From: Azolla caroliniana
Lineage: Eukaryota; Plantae; Polypodiophyta
Assembly (NCBI GenBank): GCA_043228905.1
Contig: JBHGNT010000022.1
Span: forward strand, 10,602,001-10,666,000
Length of the DNA: 64,000 bases
Reading direction: 5' to 3'
Both the position numbers and the translations under genes were made by a program. Below are positions 62,059 through 64,000 of the stretch, piece by piece. Position 1 is the first letter of the stretch. Each line of letters begins with the position of its first letter. The notes under the pieces were generated by a model, which worked only from the letters and a program-made list of their open reading frames with translations, searched no databases and had not been told where the DNA came from.

Positions 62059-64000
62059 AAGCCACCTTGGCGCAAGTTACATGATCTTCCTTACCAAACC
62101 AAATGTAATTGTGTACCAGTCCTTGAATCTGATGTATACTTTCCTTGGAGATTGTCCAACATGATAGACTGTATCATGTTGTTGCAAGTAGTACCTGGTT
62201 TGCCACTATGATGCGACCTGCTAGCGACAGTTTTTTCAAACTCCAATGTATCAACTTTTGTCGAATGGAATGGATAACGGGTGCAATCATAGACTCGGAC
62301 GGTATGTTGAAACCAATTTGGAAACCCAAATATTTGGTGCTCGCTCCTTGATTGATCCATTTGAAGGCGGGATGTGGGTGCCACGCATGATGCGTTTCAT
62401 GAGAAAACCATATTGCACACGATTTGTGCCAATTGATCATGGCATTGGATCTCTTGCAAAATATGGCTAACCCACTTTCTAGCTTTTGGAGGTTTTCCAA
62501 GTGCCCTTGTAGGTAGACCACAATTTATCATCAACAAATTCTATATCCAGTATGCTTTGGTGAAAATGAGGTACGTGAAGACCACATAGGCTGAGATGTC
62601 GCGAGTTGAGAAAGCAAGAGAGTGCTTCGGCGTATAATAGAAATCAGGATTGAGCTAGTGGGCATTCCTATCATACAAATTGGGATATTCTGAAAAAGGG
62701 GCCCCTTTCACCTGCCAGTGAAATGCAACTGTTGTCGTTCCTATAAAGTCCTGCAATGAGTTTGATCCATGTCTCTTGAAAGCCGAGTTTCCCCATCACA
62801 CTTTCTAGAAAGTTCCAGCATACCCTGTCATATGCTTTCTCAAAATCTAGTAGCACCACCACTACCTTGTTGTTGGTACTCTTCGCAAGGGCTACTACCT
62901 CCCAGAATGAGAATAGGTTGTCTAGGATGCTTCGATTTCTAATGAAACTTGTTTGGGACGGATGAAAGAGTTGAGGGAGAAGTGGTGTTAAACGGCGTGC
63001 CACGATTTTTGCGAGCAACTTATAGATGGTATTGAAAATAGTTATGGGCCGCCACTTACTAATGTCGTTGGCACTCCCACCCACCACTTTCAGGAATGAG
63101 ATGTATCATCCCCTGTCCAAATTCCTCCGGCATGTTTTCAGAGGTGATGATCTCCTCATATGCCTGGAGGAGGTCTTCTTTAATAGTGTCCTAAAGGCAT
63201 GTGAAAAAGTGAGGGGGGAGGCCGTCGATTCCGGGACAACTATCTGCATCCAAATCAGAGAGGGCCTCCCATATCTCGATGATTGATAGGGGACACACGA
63301 GCCATGTATTCATTTCCATCGTGACTTTCTCGGGTATGCTTTGGAGGATAATATCTTCTCTTATGTCTTCCCCTATGGCCATAGTATCTTCGGTAAGTAG
63401 GCGTTTATAGTAACTTGTGGCAATATTCCTCATTTCGTCGCCATCCCCAGTGGTCGTTCCATCCTCTCGGTTGAGGCTGCGCATCATCGTTCTAGCATGC
63501 CTTGGGCCTTTGGAGCGGAAGAATTTCTTTGTGGTTTTGTCCCCTACTCGAATCCATCGCACCATGCTTCCATGAAACTCCATCTCATATATTTCCTTTT
63601 CCGCCATGCTGAGTTCATGTTTAGCCATGGCAACTTGTCTTGCAATCCAACTACATGACGGGTATCTCTGTTGGAGTCATTGTAAGGCTATTAGTTCCCG
63701 TTTTGTCTTCTATCGCTTTTCCTGAGCCTCCTTGCTTCTGGTCTTGACAATCTCATGTAGGAGAGTTGAGGCTCTTGTTAATTTAGCTAGAAGTTTGCCA
63801 GATAGTGATGAATCATTGATGGGTAATGACCATTTGTTGGAGAGTTGTTCCTTCACTTCTATCACTGTGTAAATAGTGTGTGGGATGCGATGCTGGAATG
63901 GCCCCCATTTTGAGTGCAATTGAAAATAACCAACTATCGGGTAATGGTTAGAGAAAGTCATGCCCGGAGTTATGTGACACCACCCTCCCTTCGCTTCTAG
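62059..64000 (-). mobile_element. LINE (L1-like) ORF2 reverse transcriptase region, degenerate
   Basis: WIRVGDKTTKKFF, CPGIDGLP, WRPITIFNTIYKLLAK, LDFEKAYDRV, EFVDD, KYLGF, LSLAGRIIVANQVL. Confidence 0.92.

Overview
Eukaryotic, repeat-dense plant DNA; a non-seed land plant such as a bryophyte is inferred from the retroelement types and short GT-AG introns. It is almost entirely nested transposons: a chromoviral Ty3/Gypsy 3' end, three other Gypsy elements plus a solo LTR, three Ty1/Copia elements (one apparently intact and young), a LINE, MULE-like and Sola2-like transposase relics, and pseudogenes (receptor-like kinase, RING-H2, FCP1-like). The standout is a 9,470-bp DNA transposon (23781-33250) with perfect 29-bp TIRs and a TACA target-site duplication, inserted in a Copia RT gene. 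It carries (i) a ~926-codon Sola/DUF7869-type DDD transposase and (ii) a divergently transcribed six-exon, ~974-codon gene joining a ParB/Srx-like domain to a beta-class N6-adenine/N4-cytosine DNA methyltransferase (DIPY ... DLFSGTGTT). Intron 1 of that gene holds (iii) 14 palindromic 25-bp sites at an exact 51-bp period. I infer a transposon-borne DNA-modification system with candidate cognate sites. This copy has nonsense mutations in both genes, and all functional statements are hypotheses. A second DNA-transposon-associated cluster (about 8.6-17.3 kb) shows a parallel architecture, with TAGCTAATTAGCTA palindrome arrays inside introns. Family assignments come from motif recognition, not database searches.
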